A stretch of 64,000 nt of DNA, taken from contig CBFFRQ010000057.1 of the NCBI GenBank assembly GCA_965644315.1, forward strand, positions 372,001 through 436,000. The letters are read 5' to 3'. Positions within the stretch are counted from its first letter, which is position 1; each line of letters opens with the position of its first letter. This stretch comes from Caecitellus pseudoparvulus. Taxonomy: Eukaryota; Protista; Bigyra: Bicosoecida. Shown one piece after another: positions 11,398-20,494 of this stretch. The position numbers and the translations under genes are program-made. The notes below the pieces were generated by a model, which saw nothing but the letters and a program-made list of their open reading frames with translations, made no database searches and was not told the origin of the DNA.

Positions 11398-14190
11398 TCA
11401 GCCAGAACCCGTGGCTGAGGCCGCAGCGAAAACACTGGCCTCCGCCCCTTCCCCCTCATCCCCGATGGCAAACGCGCCGCCGCCTTGCTCACCTCCACCT
11501 GCCTGCGCCCCACCACCGCCACTGCCACCGGTTGCGAGTGCTGCGCCAGAACTCGCTGCTGCGCTGCCGGCCGGCGCAACCCGAGAGTACTTCTTGATTT
11601 CTGCGAAAATCAGCGGCACCACCACCACATTGCGCATGAAGGGTGTGGAGGGTGCCACAGCCGCATTCAGCATGGCCAGGAAGCGTGTGTAGTACGTGAG
11701 GAGGCTGGTCAAGACACGCTTCAGGACGCCACGGCTATGCTCGCCGTCGCCGAAATACCGCGACACAGCATTATTCAAGGCAGCTATGCCACCCCTCCAG
11801 CCAGATGCAAAGCCATTCACCAAGGCCTCCGCATCTGGCAAGGAGATGGTGGGCTGCACGCCCTCGGGCAGTCCGTTGCTGTCTAGCTCCACAGGTTGAT
11901 CTGCAGACGCAGCCGTCGCGTGCATGGCATCAGTGGTGCTCTTGACAAAATTCACCAAGTGCCCAAAGTGGCTGCTGAGCAGCTGCTCGCTGAAGGTGGA
12001 CGTGTGGGCGGCGAGGCGATCCTCCAGCACGCCGATATCGTCGGGGGAGCAGCGGCGCAAGTGTGCCACCCTCACCCACTCCTTGACATTGTTCACGAGC
12101 AAGACGCTGCGCTCCAGGGGTGCCTTCACCTTGGCTGCGGCGAAAGACTGCAGCAGGCGCTCCATGGTGGTGATGCTGGAGCGCAGCTGGCTGACCAACA
12201 TGCCGTCCGACATGCCCACTGCCTGCAAAGAGCGGTGCAAGCGCAGGACGGATGCGCTGAACTCAGCGTAACGTGCTGAGATGTAGTGTGGCTTCATGAT
12301 GTCAGCGGGGCCGATGTTGCCCTCATCCACGTCCACCAGGGACTTGAAGTTGTTGGCCAGCACAAGCTTCAACCGCGGCCACAACAGCATCAACACACGG
12401 TGGAAGAAGGAGTCCAAACAGGCAAGGCCCCTGCCCTGCATGACTGCCTGGTGCTGCTGTGTGCACAGGAGCATGATGAGCATGGCTACGACGTCGTGGC
12501 AGTCGAAGAGGTAATTCTCTAACACCTCCAACACGCAGGACACGGGCTTTGACATGACCTTTGCGAAGACTGTGCTGCCCCGTGCCTCGCCAAAAAACGA
12601 CGAACAGAAGGCGAACTCCACTGAACCCACGTCCATGAGGTGCAGCTGCAAGCTCCGCCACAACACCTCGAAGGGCCACCGGCGAGACGCGGCGCTTTCC
12701 ACGTGCACCTCCAACTTGCCGCCCTCCGGCTCGGCGAGGATGCTGTCCCGCCCCCGCAGGGCGAATACATCCACACGCTTGCGAGGATCAGGGCGGGAAG
12801 AAAAGAAGCCACCTAGCCCCCCCAATTCAGCCCCCACGACATCGGACTTGCCGGCCACATCCACGTGCATCTTCAGCAGCGCAGCTGAATACGTCTTGAA
12901 CGTGGATGCCAGCGTGCGCCCCATGCTCTCCTCATACGCCACCGTCACCTCCAGCGCCACGTCGGGAGCATGCTGTGCCAGGAAGGCAAAGAGGTACTGT
13001 TGCCGCAACAGGACATACTCCTGCTGCTTCTGCAGGTTCGTCTGCCCCTGGCGCAAGCCGGCGATCTGCCCCAGCAGCCACTCCCGGGCTCGCTCTACGG
13101 CCTTGACCCGCAAGGCCTGCAGCTGAGGCAGCGCATCACGCCCTGCGAGGGTGTCCGCGGCAGGCAGCAGCATGGGTTGTGGCTTCTCCTCACCTTCGTG
13201 CCCGCCTCTCCCTGGCGTGCTCGACCTGTCCGAGCCTGCGTGGTGCGCCAGCTTAGCGGCGAGGGCCTTCAAGTCCTCACACCAGGCCTCATCAACGGGT
13301 GCGTCACAGATGGCGGCGACGAGCTCCTCGCTCACTGCGACCTTGTCCAGGAAGGCGCCCAGGTGCCCCCGCACTGCCCTCCGGTTCTTGAGCTGTACGT
13401 TCATGGCCAGGCTGTCATCCTGCAGAGTCTTGATTTCGGAGCTGATGCCGCCCAGCTTGGACTGGAACTGTTCCAGCATGGCCTGCAGCTCCCCCAGCAC
13501 GCCCTCCACGCGGCACATGTCGCCGTGCAGCGCAGCCACGCCATCCGCCGAGCGCACGTATGCAGCGATGGCGTCCTCCTCCACGGCGTGCAAGTCCCGC
13601 GTCATTTGCTGCGAGTAGGCTTTGAGGTCCACCCCGCTGTCCAGGGCTTCCCTCACCACCGGGTCGGCTTGGAATTTTACGAGGTCCTCTGTGGTGCAGC
13701 AGGCGTGGTGGGCGGCAAAGTGCGCGCGGAATTTGGACCCTGTCCGACGCGCACCACGCACCGTCCATTTGCCCCAAGTCAACGTCAGTGGAGGTGAGAT
13801 CGAGGTTGTCGAAGTCAAAAGCAAACTGCGTGCGTGGAAAGGGCGCCCTATTCCACCTTGTCGGGGCAAACACCTGTGCCGCCGACCACTCACATCCGTC
13901 TCCACCATGTCTCCGTCTCCAAAGTCATCCTCCGCCGCTCCAGCTGCGCCTGGCTCCGCCGCAGCCTCTGCTACAGGCTTGGCCATGCCACCTTGCACTA
14001 ACGCTGCGTGTTGGGCATCTTCATCGCTCTCAAGCGGGGCTGCGTGGCTGCCTTGGGCAGAGTGCCCGCCGCCTGGCCCACTGGCGCTCGCGTTGCCAGC
14101 GCTGCTGTCCTCGGCGAAAGGGTTGGAGGCAGCATCCGCGACTGGCTGAGCTCCACCGAAGAGGGCATCTCGGTCTGCGTCTTCGGCCAT
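11398..14190 (-). CDS. VPS52: GARP/EARP complex subunit Vps52
   Basis: GVDLKAYSQQMTRDL...FQSKLGGISSEIKTLQDDSLAMNVQLKNRR and PHYISARYAEF match the Vps52 family. The ORF probably reads through intron sequence near 13700-13890. Confidence 0.9.
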   Translation of the reverse strand: MAEDADRDALFGGAQPVADAASNPFAEDSSAGNASASGPGGGHSAQGSHAAPLESDEDAQHAALVQGGMAKPVAEAAAEPGAAGAAEDDFGDGDMVETDVSGRRHRCLPRQGGIGRPFHARSLLLTSTTSISPPLTLTWGKWTVRGARRTGSKFRAHFAAHHACCTTEDLVKFQADPVVREALDSGVDLKAYSQQMTRDLHAVEEDAIAAYVRSADGVAALHGDMCRVEGVLGELQAMLEQFQSKLGGISSEIKTLQDDSLAMNVQLKNRRAVRGHLGAFLDKVAVSEELVAAICDAPVDEAWCEDLKALAAKLAHHAGSDRSSTPGRGGHEGEEKPQPMLLPAADTLAGRDALPQLQALRVKAVERAREWLLGQIAGLRQGQTNLQKQQEYVLLRQQYLFAFLAQHAPDVALEVTVAYEESMGRTLASTFKTYSAALLKMHVDVAGKSDVVGAELGGLGGFFSSRPDPRKRVDVFALRGRDSILAEPEGGKLEVHVESAASRRWPFEVLWRSLQLHLMDVGSVEFAFCSSFFGEARGSTVFAKVMSKPVSCVLEVLENYLFDCHDVVAMLIMLLCTQQHQAVMQGRGLACLDSFFHRVLMLLWPRLKLVLANNFKSLVDVDEGNIGPADIMKPHYISARYAEFSASVLRLHRSLQAVGMSDGMLVSQLRSSITTMERLLQSFAAAKVKAPLERSVLLVNNVKEWVRVAHLRRCSPDDIGVLEDRLAAHTSTFSEQLLSSHFGHLVNFVKSTTDAMHATAASADQPVELDSNGLPEGVQPTISLPDAEALVNGFASGWRGGIAALNNAVSRYFGDGEHSRGVLKRVLTSLLTYYTRFLAMLNAAVAPSTPFMRNVVVVPLIFAEIKKYSRVAPAGSAAASSGAALATGGSGGGGAQAGGGEQGGGAFAIGDEGEGAEASVFAAASATGSG

Positions 14191-14623
14191 GACGCTGGCG
14201 TCCTTCCCAAGCTGAAATGTTCAGCGGCAGCGCGGTTTCCTTTCGCACGACTCCGCTGTCCGCTGTGGAGGTAATTCCACGGTCCCCGAGCCCACAGCAC
14301 CGGGGATCTTCCGAGGCAAGCGTTCCATGCACATTGGATGAGCACCCCATGGAAGTTCTTGATGCTTTGTGACCACAGTTGGTTTGTGAGCCAGCCTGGT
14401 TGATATCCTGCTGCGGCACAGAAGTGCGCCTGCACGCAAATCCAAACCTCGACACAGCCGGCCGCAGAGCATGTGCTGAATCCACACATCTGCATCTGCA
14501 GGATTGTTTGCATCGGGCAGAGCGCGCCCCTGTGCAAGCTTCCTGCTGCGGTGGCCGACCAGGCCAGGAACAGCTCTGACTCACCACTCAGCACAACTCT
14601 GCTTGGCCCAGCGCAGAGAGGTC

Positions 14624-17600
14624 ATGTCCGAAGCGGTTGCAGCGCATGCACGCATTGTGGGCTTAGTGCCTTGGGGCTCCCGGCAGGCAATCGTGCTCAG
14701 CACAGGTCGGCCCAGCTCTGATGCCGAGGAGGAGGGCCAGCCGATGTGTTTGGTGGTCCCGGGGCTGCAGGAGCCCCCGTCTTCACCAGGAGGGGCCTTG
14801 GGTGAAGCGAGCCTAGCCAGTGAAGTGACATCAGTGCTGGGGCTGGACTCCAGCCAGGCTCGGTGCCTTCACTGCTCTCAAGGACTGCCAGTGTCTGCCG
14901 CCTTCACCGTCCGTGAAGCTGGAAACGTCCGCACTGCGCTCCGCGCCGCACAGGACGTCGTGCAAGCTTGCCTGGAGCTGCAAGAACGTGGCTGTGTCAT
15001 CATTGGAGCCCATGCTGAGCAGTGTACGCTGTCTGCAGACGGTGGCGTGCTCCTTCCGGAAGACTGCGTCGTGAAGGCGGAGGGCGCAGAAGCAAAGGCG
15101 TGGTGCCTCACCACGCCAGCCGCGCTGACAGCCATCAGGCAGCTTGTGGGAGGGCGCCTTGCTCAACATGCCGCCCCAGAAGTCGTCTCGGCATGTGATG
15201 CAGGCATGGAGACCCTGCCTGTGGCTGCCCAGAATGCCTGGGCCGCTGGCTGCCTGATCTTCCACTTGGTGGACCGCACTGGTGTGCTGCCACATCCCCG
15301 GGTGCCAGGTGGAGTACCCTTCTTTTCAACAGAGTCGTGGGGCCAAGCAACCGTGCCATGCACGGGTGATCCCGGTGCTTCACTGAGCTCTGCCGCTTGG
15401 ACAGCGCTGAGAAGCGTGGTGCAGGCCCTGCTGCAGCCTGAGGCTGACTCGCGCCTTCCGCTGCAGGCCGCGCAGGCGGCGCTGGGGCGGGTTCTTGAAG
15501 CCCTGAGCATCCACACAACCGGAGACTCTGCGCTTGGGGCTGGGGCTCAGTTGCAGGTGTATGTTCCTGAGCCTGCTGAGGACGGAAGTATCGAGCTGAA
15601 GGCTCACTCAGTCCCTTTGCCAGAGACAGGCCTGCTCACATCCACCGAAAGCCTCGCCAAAGCCGTGCATGCACACTTGCAGGCGTGTGGGGCACTCTCA
15701 GAGGACGCCTCGGCTGTCCATCTCAGCCTGAAAGCGCGTGGGCAATCCCTGCCTGAGCGCGTCGCATATTCCTTCCTGGACTCGGCCGCCGCGTCGCCCA
15801 CGCTGGCCCAAACTGGTCTGTGCTTGGCTCCAGGGCAAGGCACGGTGCGCGTGCTGCAAGAAATCATTGTCACAACCAGCCCAAGCGACCTGCCTCCTGC
15901 TTGTGTCTTGGCAGGTGCCAGTGGCCAGATGCTGGCCAAGGCTCACGTTCTCACCAACTCCAGGCCAGGGCAAGACGCGGCACAGCGGCCCACCGCCCCA
16001 AACAAGGAGGCCTGCGCTGGGCAAGGTTCGCCTTCGCCTGCAGCAGCTGCCGCGTCAGCAGGGGCTGGGGACGATGCTGCTGCCACTGCCTCGCCAACGC
16101 CTGGCGAGGACCTGGCAAAGCTTGTCGAGCTGGCAACGCGCCGCCCCACCCACGAGGCAGCCCCTACTCCCTCCTTTGTCGTGTCAGGGTTCAGTCAGTC
16201 AGAGCGCAATCCGTCTGTAACAGTCAGCGACGGCTGTGCGTCCAGCCAGCAATGGGGCTCGGCTATGTGCACGGTGCAGGGCACGGAGCGGCTGGATTCG
16301 GGAAAGCACTCGTGGGCGTTCCAGGTGGCTCAGAAGGCAGCATCAGGAGGCATCTGCATCGGAGTTGCAACCGCTGAGTTTGACGCCCCGACCAAGAACC
16401 TCGGCCCCGCGCAGCACACGTGGGGTTATTCTTCCTCAGGCAAGCGCTCAGCAGGGTTCCCCGAATTCCAACCCTTCGCCCAAGGCTTCTCCAGTGGAGA
16501 TGTTGTGGGTGTGTACCTTGACTGCGATGCCGGCACCTTGTCCTTTGCCCGCAACGGAGTCATGCTGGGTGTGGCCTTCTCTGACTTGAAGGGCAAGTCA
16601 GTCATGCCTGCCGTGTGTATGGGGGGGCGAGCCAGCAAGAGCTCCCACCGGCCAACTGTGCACAAGCTTCGGGTGCTGACGTCAGAAGAGCAGTACACCA
16701 AAGCCCTCCAGCAAGCTCGCCTGCGCAACCCTGCCGACCTGCCTTCTGCTGACTTTGCATGGTGCGGGGCAGGGCTGCCTGCCGCCCGGCTGCCTGCGCC
16801 AGAGGCCGCCCCCACTTTCCCAGTCGTGTGTGGAGGGGGGTGGGAGGCTGCACTGCCAGCTCCAACCCTGGACAGCAGCACAGACCTCGCCGTGCCCGCG
16901 ATGGTGGTACCACTGCAGCACCCAGCCCTATCTCAAGCATGCGGCGTGTCTCCCTCGGGTCGCTACGCTTTCAAGTTCGCAGTGGGCACCCTTGACACTG
17001 ACGCAGAGGTGTGGTTTTGCCTGGTCCCCCACAGCGCGCTGCCAGACTCCGATGCTGTCGTGGCCGAGGCAGCCCCCGCGCACCTGCCCAGCCCTGGACT
17101 GTGTCAACCAGGCGTCTGGGCCGTTTCCAGCCAAGGCCGCGTCATTGCAGCTGGGAAAGTAGGCGAGACTGCCCGCTTTCCAGCGCTGCGAGAGGGTGAC
17201 TGCTTAGGCTTGGAGGTCGGCTTGCCCGTTGAGCCTGACCAAGGCCCAGCACAAGGCCCCACCTTCGAGGACCTTCCCACGCTGGCCGTGACGGTGAACG
17301 GTGCCCCTGCCGCGGAGTTGTTGCCGCCTCTGGCCCAAGAGGCCCCACAACGAAGCGTTTTCTGGGCTGGTGCGCTAGAGTTGGGCGGCCTGCACCCCTG
17401 TGTCGCTGTCGTGGAAGCTTCCACAGAGGCCTCCCTGGCAGTGGTACGCACCGTGGAGGTGCCGCGCATGTTCTCTGTGCAGAACGCCAACTCCCACATC
17501 ACGGCAGCAGGAGCGGGCAGCTCTGTGACCTGTGCCTCGCAGTGGGCGAGCGCTCCTATTGTGCACGGTGGCCTCACCCGAGGTAAGCACACATGGACGC

Positions 17601-20479
17601 TGCACATGACAGAGAAGGCCGCTGCGGGGGGGGCCTGCATTGGCGTGGCACGGCCAGACTTCCCCTTCCGTAGTCGCAACGTGGGGGCCTTCGCAGGCTC
17701 GTGGGGCTGGTCCTCATCTGGCACTAAGGGCAATGGGCAGGGCGCCTTCATCGCGTATGGCGAGCGGTTCGAAGCAGGGGACAAGGTGGGTGTAGAGCTG
17801 GACTGTGATGAGGGTACCCTGCGCTTCCACAAGAACGGTGTGGACCAAGGCATCGCCTTTGCAACTGGGCTGAAGGGCGTGCCCCTGGTGCCAGCGGTGT
17901 GCTTGGGGGGCACACGCTCCCGCAAGTCAGCCCCCTCCACCTCTATCGCTGGCAACCACACACTGTGCCTGGTGCCCACTACCCTGGGCATTGCAGAGTA
18001 CCAGGCTGCTGCCGACTCTGCCTTGGACGCAGGCAGCTTGCGCACGATTGGGACGGGGGCGAAGGGGGAGGTGTCTGATGACGGGCAGCGGCTGTCTTTC
18101 TCCTGTGAAGGCTCAGCACCCACACATGACGCAGGCATCACAGTCAAGGCAGGCCCCAGTGTGCCATTTGCAGCGGAAGGCCCCACCACCAAGGTAAGGT
18201 GGACGTTTAGGGTGGACGAGCTGCACCTGCAGGAGCGCATCGCTGGCGAGGCCGTGCGAGACACCCTCATGGCCAGTGGTGCAGACACAGACGGTTGGAG
18301 GACTGCTGTCGCAGATTGGCTGTGGCAGATGCGGGGCGATGTGGGACACACCCTGTCGGCTGCGGCGCACAGTCGCATGCTTGGCGAGGAATCCGACGTG
18401 CCAGTCGTGGATGCTGCCGCCGAGGAAGGTGAGGCACGGGTGGCCCACGTTCACGCTGGCATCACCATCGGCCTGGCGTCCAGTGAATTCTTTGCTTCTG
18501 AAACACCAGCAGCGGGGGTGGGCTGTGACGCTTCTGGCCTGTCCGCAGGCATCACTTCCGTTGGGTTGGTTGTGCAAGGGGGCAAGGCGCACCCTGCACC
18601 TGGCTCCTCGACGCAGGGGGACTCCCTCTTGTGCCTGCCAGCACTCAGTCCTGGCGACGTCGTGTGCTTGACTGTCGCGCCGGGCGAAGCGGAGGATGGC
18701 AAGGCCGCCCACTCAGCGAGAGGACAGCAAGGCAGCTCAACCACCACTGGGCCTTCGACTGGCATGACCCCCATCAAACTCGCGCCCGCCCAAGCAGAGG
18801 CCTCGAAGCAGACCGGCCAAGGAGCAGGCACAGCCACCACTGCCCCAGCCAGCGACAAGACGGCGACGGCGCAGCCTGAGGCCGAGGCCCCTGCCCCCTG
18901 CATGCCCTACAGTGTCACGCTGTCGGTCAACGGCCAGGACCTTGGGCAGCCCCTCGGCCAAGCCCTGTTGCCGAGGATAGAAGCAGGGCAGGCCCTCGTG
19001 CCTGCACTGAGCATTGGCCACGGCGTGGCAAGCGCGGCTCTGACACTGCTCAGCACTGCACCGGCTTCGGACGCTGCTGTGCAGGCCAGCATGCAGCGAC
19101 GCAAACGCGAGGCCCACCTCTGCACCTTCCTCTCCCCACCTTCTGAGGTGCTAGGGCACAGCGTTTTGGAGGATGGCCAAGTTGCTACCTTTTCCCGGCG
19201 CTGGGCGACGGCTGCCATTGCAGCTGGGGTCCCGCTGAAGCTTGCCCAGCGCCGCACCCGCGCTCAGTGTGCGACTGCGGAACCAAGCCCCGTGCCAGAG
19301 ACCTCGCCTGTCTTCCCCACGCACGGCATCCCTCCCAACAGCGGCATCCATGCATTTCAACTGTACTGCAGCACGAAAGCCAGCGGCGGCGACATCGTCG
19401 TGGGTTTCGTGTCGGCAGCACCAGAGTCCCCCTTCAATTGGGCCTCGTGGCAGCTGGGCGCCAACTCCGCTTCCTGGGGTGTGGCTGGCACAGGCGCCAG
19501 GGGTGGTGGCTGGGTGAAGGGGGGTGAAGGGTGGCTGCCGTTCACCCCAGAGGCGGGGGACACGCCGCCCAAGCCGCTGTTCACCTCAGGCAGCATTGTG
19601 CAGTGGTTCGTTGACTCCGACCTGGACGAGGAGGGGCAGGCCAGATTCGGCGTGCGCGTGGATGGGCAGTTCACGGGACTGGCGCTGACCATCCCCAGCT
19701 GTGCGTTTCCCCTCGTGCCTGCCGTGTGTGGAGGTGGCGCCACCGCTGCCACTGCTCACCGAGTGCAGCTGCAGGAAGTGCCCCTCGCCGTGGACCGCGG
19801 ACAGGCATCCAAGCGCCTGCAGCTGTCGAAGAGAGACAGCATCATCACCTGCAAGTCCACCTGGGGCAGTGCTTTTGTCACACACAGCGGCATGTCCACC
19901 GGCAAGTATACATGGAGCTGGAAAGTGCTGCAGGGCTCAACATCGGGGGCTGTCTGTGTGGGTGTCGCAGACTTGAATCGTTTTCAAGTGACCTCGCGCA
20001 ATGTCGGTGCAGATAACCACAGCTGGGCGTACTCGTCAGCTGGCAAGCGCTCTGGCTCCAAGAGCGGCGAGTTCCAGTCCTATGGCTCCCCCTTCTCCAC
20101 TGGGGACATTGTGGGCGTGACCTTGGACTGTGACAAGAAGCAGCTGTCCTTCTCTTGCAACGGCACGTCTCACGGCGTGGCGGTGACGCGAGGCCTGAAC
20201 GCCTGCTCCTCTCTCGTGCCAGCCGCCTGCATCGGTAGCACCAAGCAGGGGGCTGTGCACTCGCTCGCGCTCCTGCCAGCCCTGACCGTGCAGCAGGTGC
20301 ACCACGCCCTGGCCTCGCCGTGGAGGTCCACGTGGTCCCCCTCTTTGGACCAGTCCAACAACACCCAGGCGTCAAGTCCAGGGGTTGAAGGCACCCCGGT
20401 GCCACTGAACCTCCCACCGGCAGCTCAGTTTGATGGTGGTGGCGCACCTTCCCAAGATGCAGCGGCCGTGGAGGGGTGA
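14624..20479 (+). CDS. Large protein: degenerate kinase-like N-terminus plus about six SPRY/B30.2 domains
   Basis: Three clear SPRY repeats (GKHSWAF...ICIGVA...WGYSSSG...GDVVGVYLDCDAGTLSFARNG...GVAF) and three degenerate ones. The N-terminal AWAAGCLIFHL...LLQPEADSRLP resembles a kinase C-lobe. Confidence 0.8.
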   Translation: MSEAVAAHARIVGLVPWGSRQAIVLSTGRPSSDAEEEGQPMCLVVPGLQEPPSSPGGALGEASLASEVTSVLGLDSSQARCLHCSQGLPVSAAFTVREAGNVRTALRAAQDVVQACLELQERGCVIIGAHAEQCTLSADGGVLLPEDCVVKAEGAEAKAWCLTTPAALTAIRQLVGGRLAQHAAPEVVSACDAGMETLPVAAQNAWAAGCLIFHLVDRTGVLPHPRVPGGVPFFSTESWGQATVPCTGDPGASLSSAAWTALRSVVQALLQPEADSRLPLQAAQAALGRVLEALSIHTTGDSALGAGAQLQVYVPEPAEDGSIELKAHSVPLPETGLLTSTESLAKAVHAHLQACGALSEDASAVHLSLKARGQSLPERVAYSFLDSAAASPTLAQTGLCLAPGQGTVRVLQEIIVTTSPSDLPPACVLAGASGQMLAKAHVLTNSRPGQDAAQRPTAPNKEACAGQGSPSPAAAAASAGAGDDAAATASPTPGEDLAKLVELATRRPTHEAAPTPSFVVSGFSQSERNPSVTVSDGCASSQQWGSAMCTVQGTERLDSGKHSWAFQVAQKAASGGICIGVATAEFDAPTKNLGPAQHTWGYSSSGKRSAGFPEFQPFAQGFSSGDVVGVYLDCDAGTLSFARNGVMLGVAFSDLKGKSVMPAVCMGGRASKSSHRPTVHKLRVLTSEEQYTKALQQARLRNPADLPSADFAWCGAGLPAARLPAPEAAPTFPVVCGGGWEAALPAPTLDSSTDLAVPAMVVPLQHPALSQACGVSPSGRYAFKFAVGTLDTDAEVWFCLVPHSALPDSDAVVAEAAPAHLPSPGLCQPGVWAVSSQGRVIAAGKVGETARFPALREGDCLGLEVGLPVEPDQGPAQGPTFEDLPTLAVTVNGAPAAELLPPLAQEAPQRSVFWAGALELGGLHPCVAVVEASTEASLAVVRTVEVPRMFSVQNANSHITAAGAGSSVTCASQWASAPIVHGGLTRGKHTWTLHMTEKAAAGGACIGVARPDFPFRSRNVGAFAGSWGWSSSGTKGNGQGAFIAYGERFEAGDKVGVELDCDEGTLRFHKNGVDQGIAFATGLKGVPLVPAVCLGGTRSRKSAPSTSIAGNHTLCLVPTTLGIAEYQAAADSALDAGSLRTIGTGAKGEVSDDGQRLSFSCEGSAPTHDAGITVKAGPSVPFAAEGPTTKVRWTFRVDELHLQERIAGEAVRDTLMASGADTDGWRTAVADWLWQMRGDVGHTLSAAAHSRMLGEESDVPVVDAAAEEGEARVAHVHAGITIGLASSEFFASETPAAGVGCDASGLSAGITSVGLVVQGGKAHPAPGSSTQGDSLLCLPALSPGDVVCLTVAPGEAEDGKAAHSARGQQGSSTTTGPSTGMTPIKLAPAQAEASKQTGQGAGTATTAPASDKTATAQPEAEAPAPCMPYSVTLSVNGQDLGQPLGQALLPRIEAGQALVPALSIGHGVASAALTLLSTAPASDAAVQASMQRRKREAHLCTFLSPPSEVLGHSVLEDGQVATFSRRWATAAIAAGVPLKLAQRRTRAQCATAEPSPVPETSPVFPTHGIPPNSGIHAFQLYCSTKASGGDIVVGFVSAAPESPFNWASWQLGANSASWGVAGTGARGGGWVKGGEGWLPFTPEAGDTPPKPLFTSGSIVQWFVDSDLDEEGQARFGVRVDGQFTGLALTIPSCAFPLVPAVCGGGATAATAHRVQLQEVPLAVDRGQASKRLQLSKRDSIITCKSTWGSAFVTHSGMSTGKYTWSWKVLQGSTSGAVCVGVADLNRFQVTSRNVGADNHSWAYSSAGKRSGSKSGEFQSYGSPFSTGDIVGVTLDCDKKQLSFSCNGTSHGVAVTRGLNACSSLVPAACIGSTKQGAVHSLALLPALTVQQVHHALASPWRSTWSPSLDQSNNTQASSPGVEGTPVPLNLPPAAQFDGGGAPSQDAAAVEG

Positions 20480-20486
20480 ATGCATT
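20479..20486. terminator. Palindromic AATGCATT, putative shared 3'-end signal (SPRY gene / FKBP15-like)
   Basis: GAATGCATTC overlaps the TGA of the + gene. The stops are 15 bp apart. Confidence 0.7.
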
Positions 20487-20494
20487 CCGCGGCG

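Noticed and set aside
13700-13890. Unusual N-terminal insertion in VPS52
   Set aside because: Flanked by gtgagt and cag signals, so it is most likely intron sequence that happens to be stop-free in frame.
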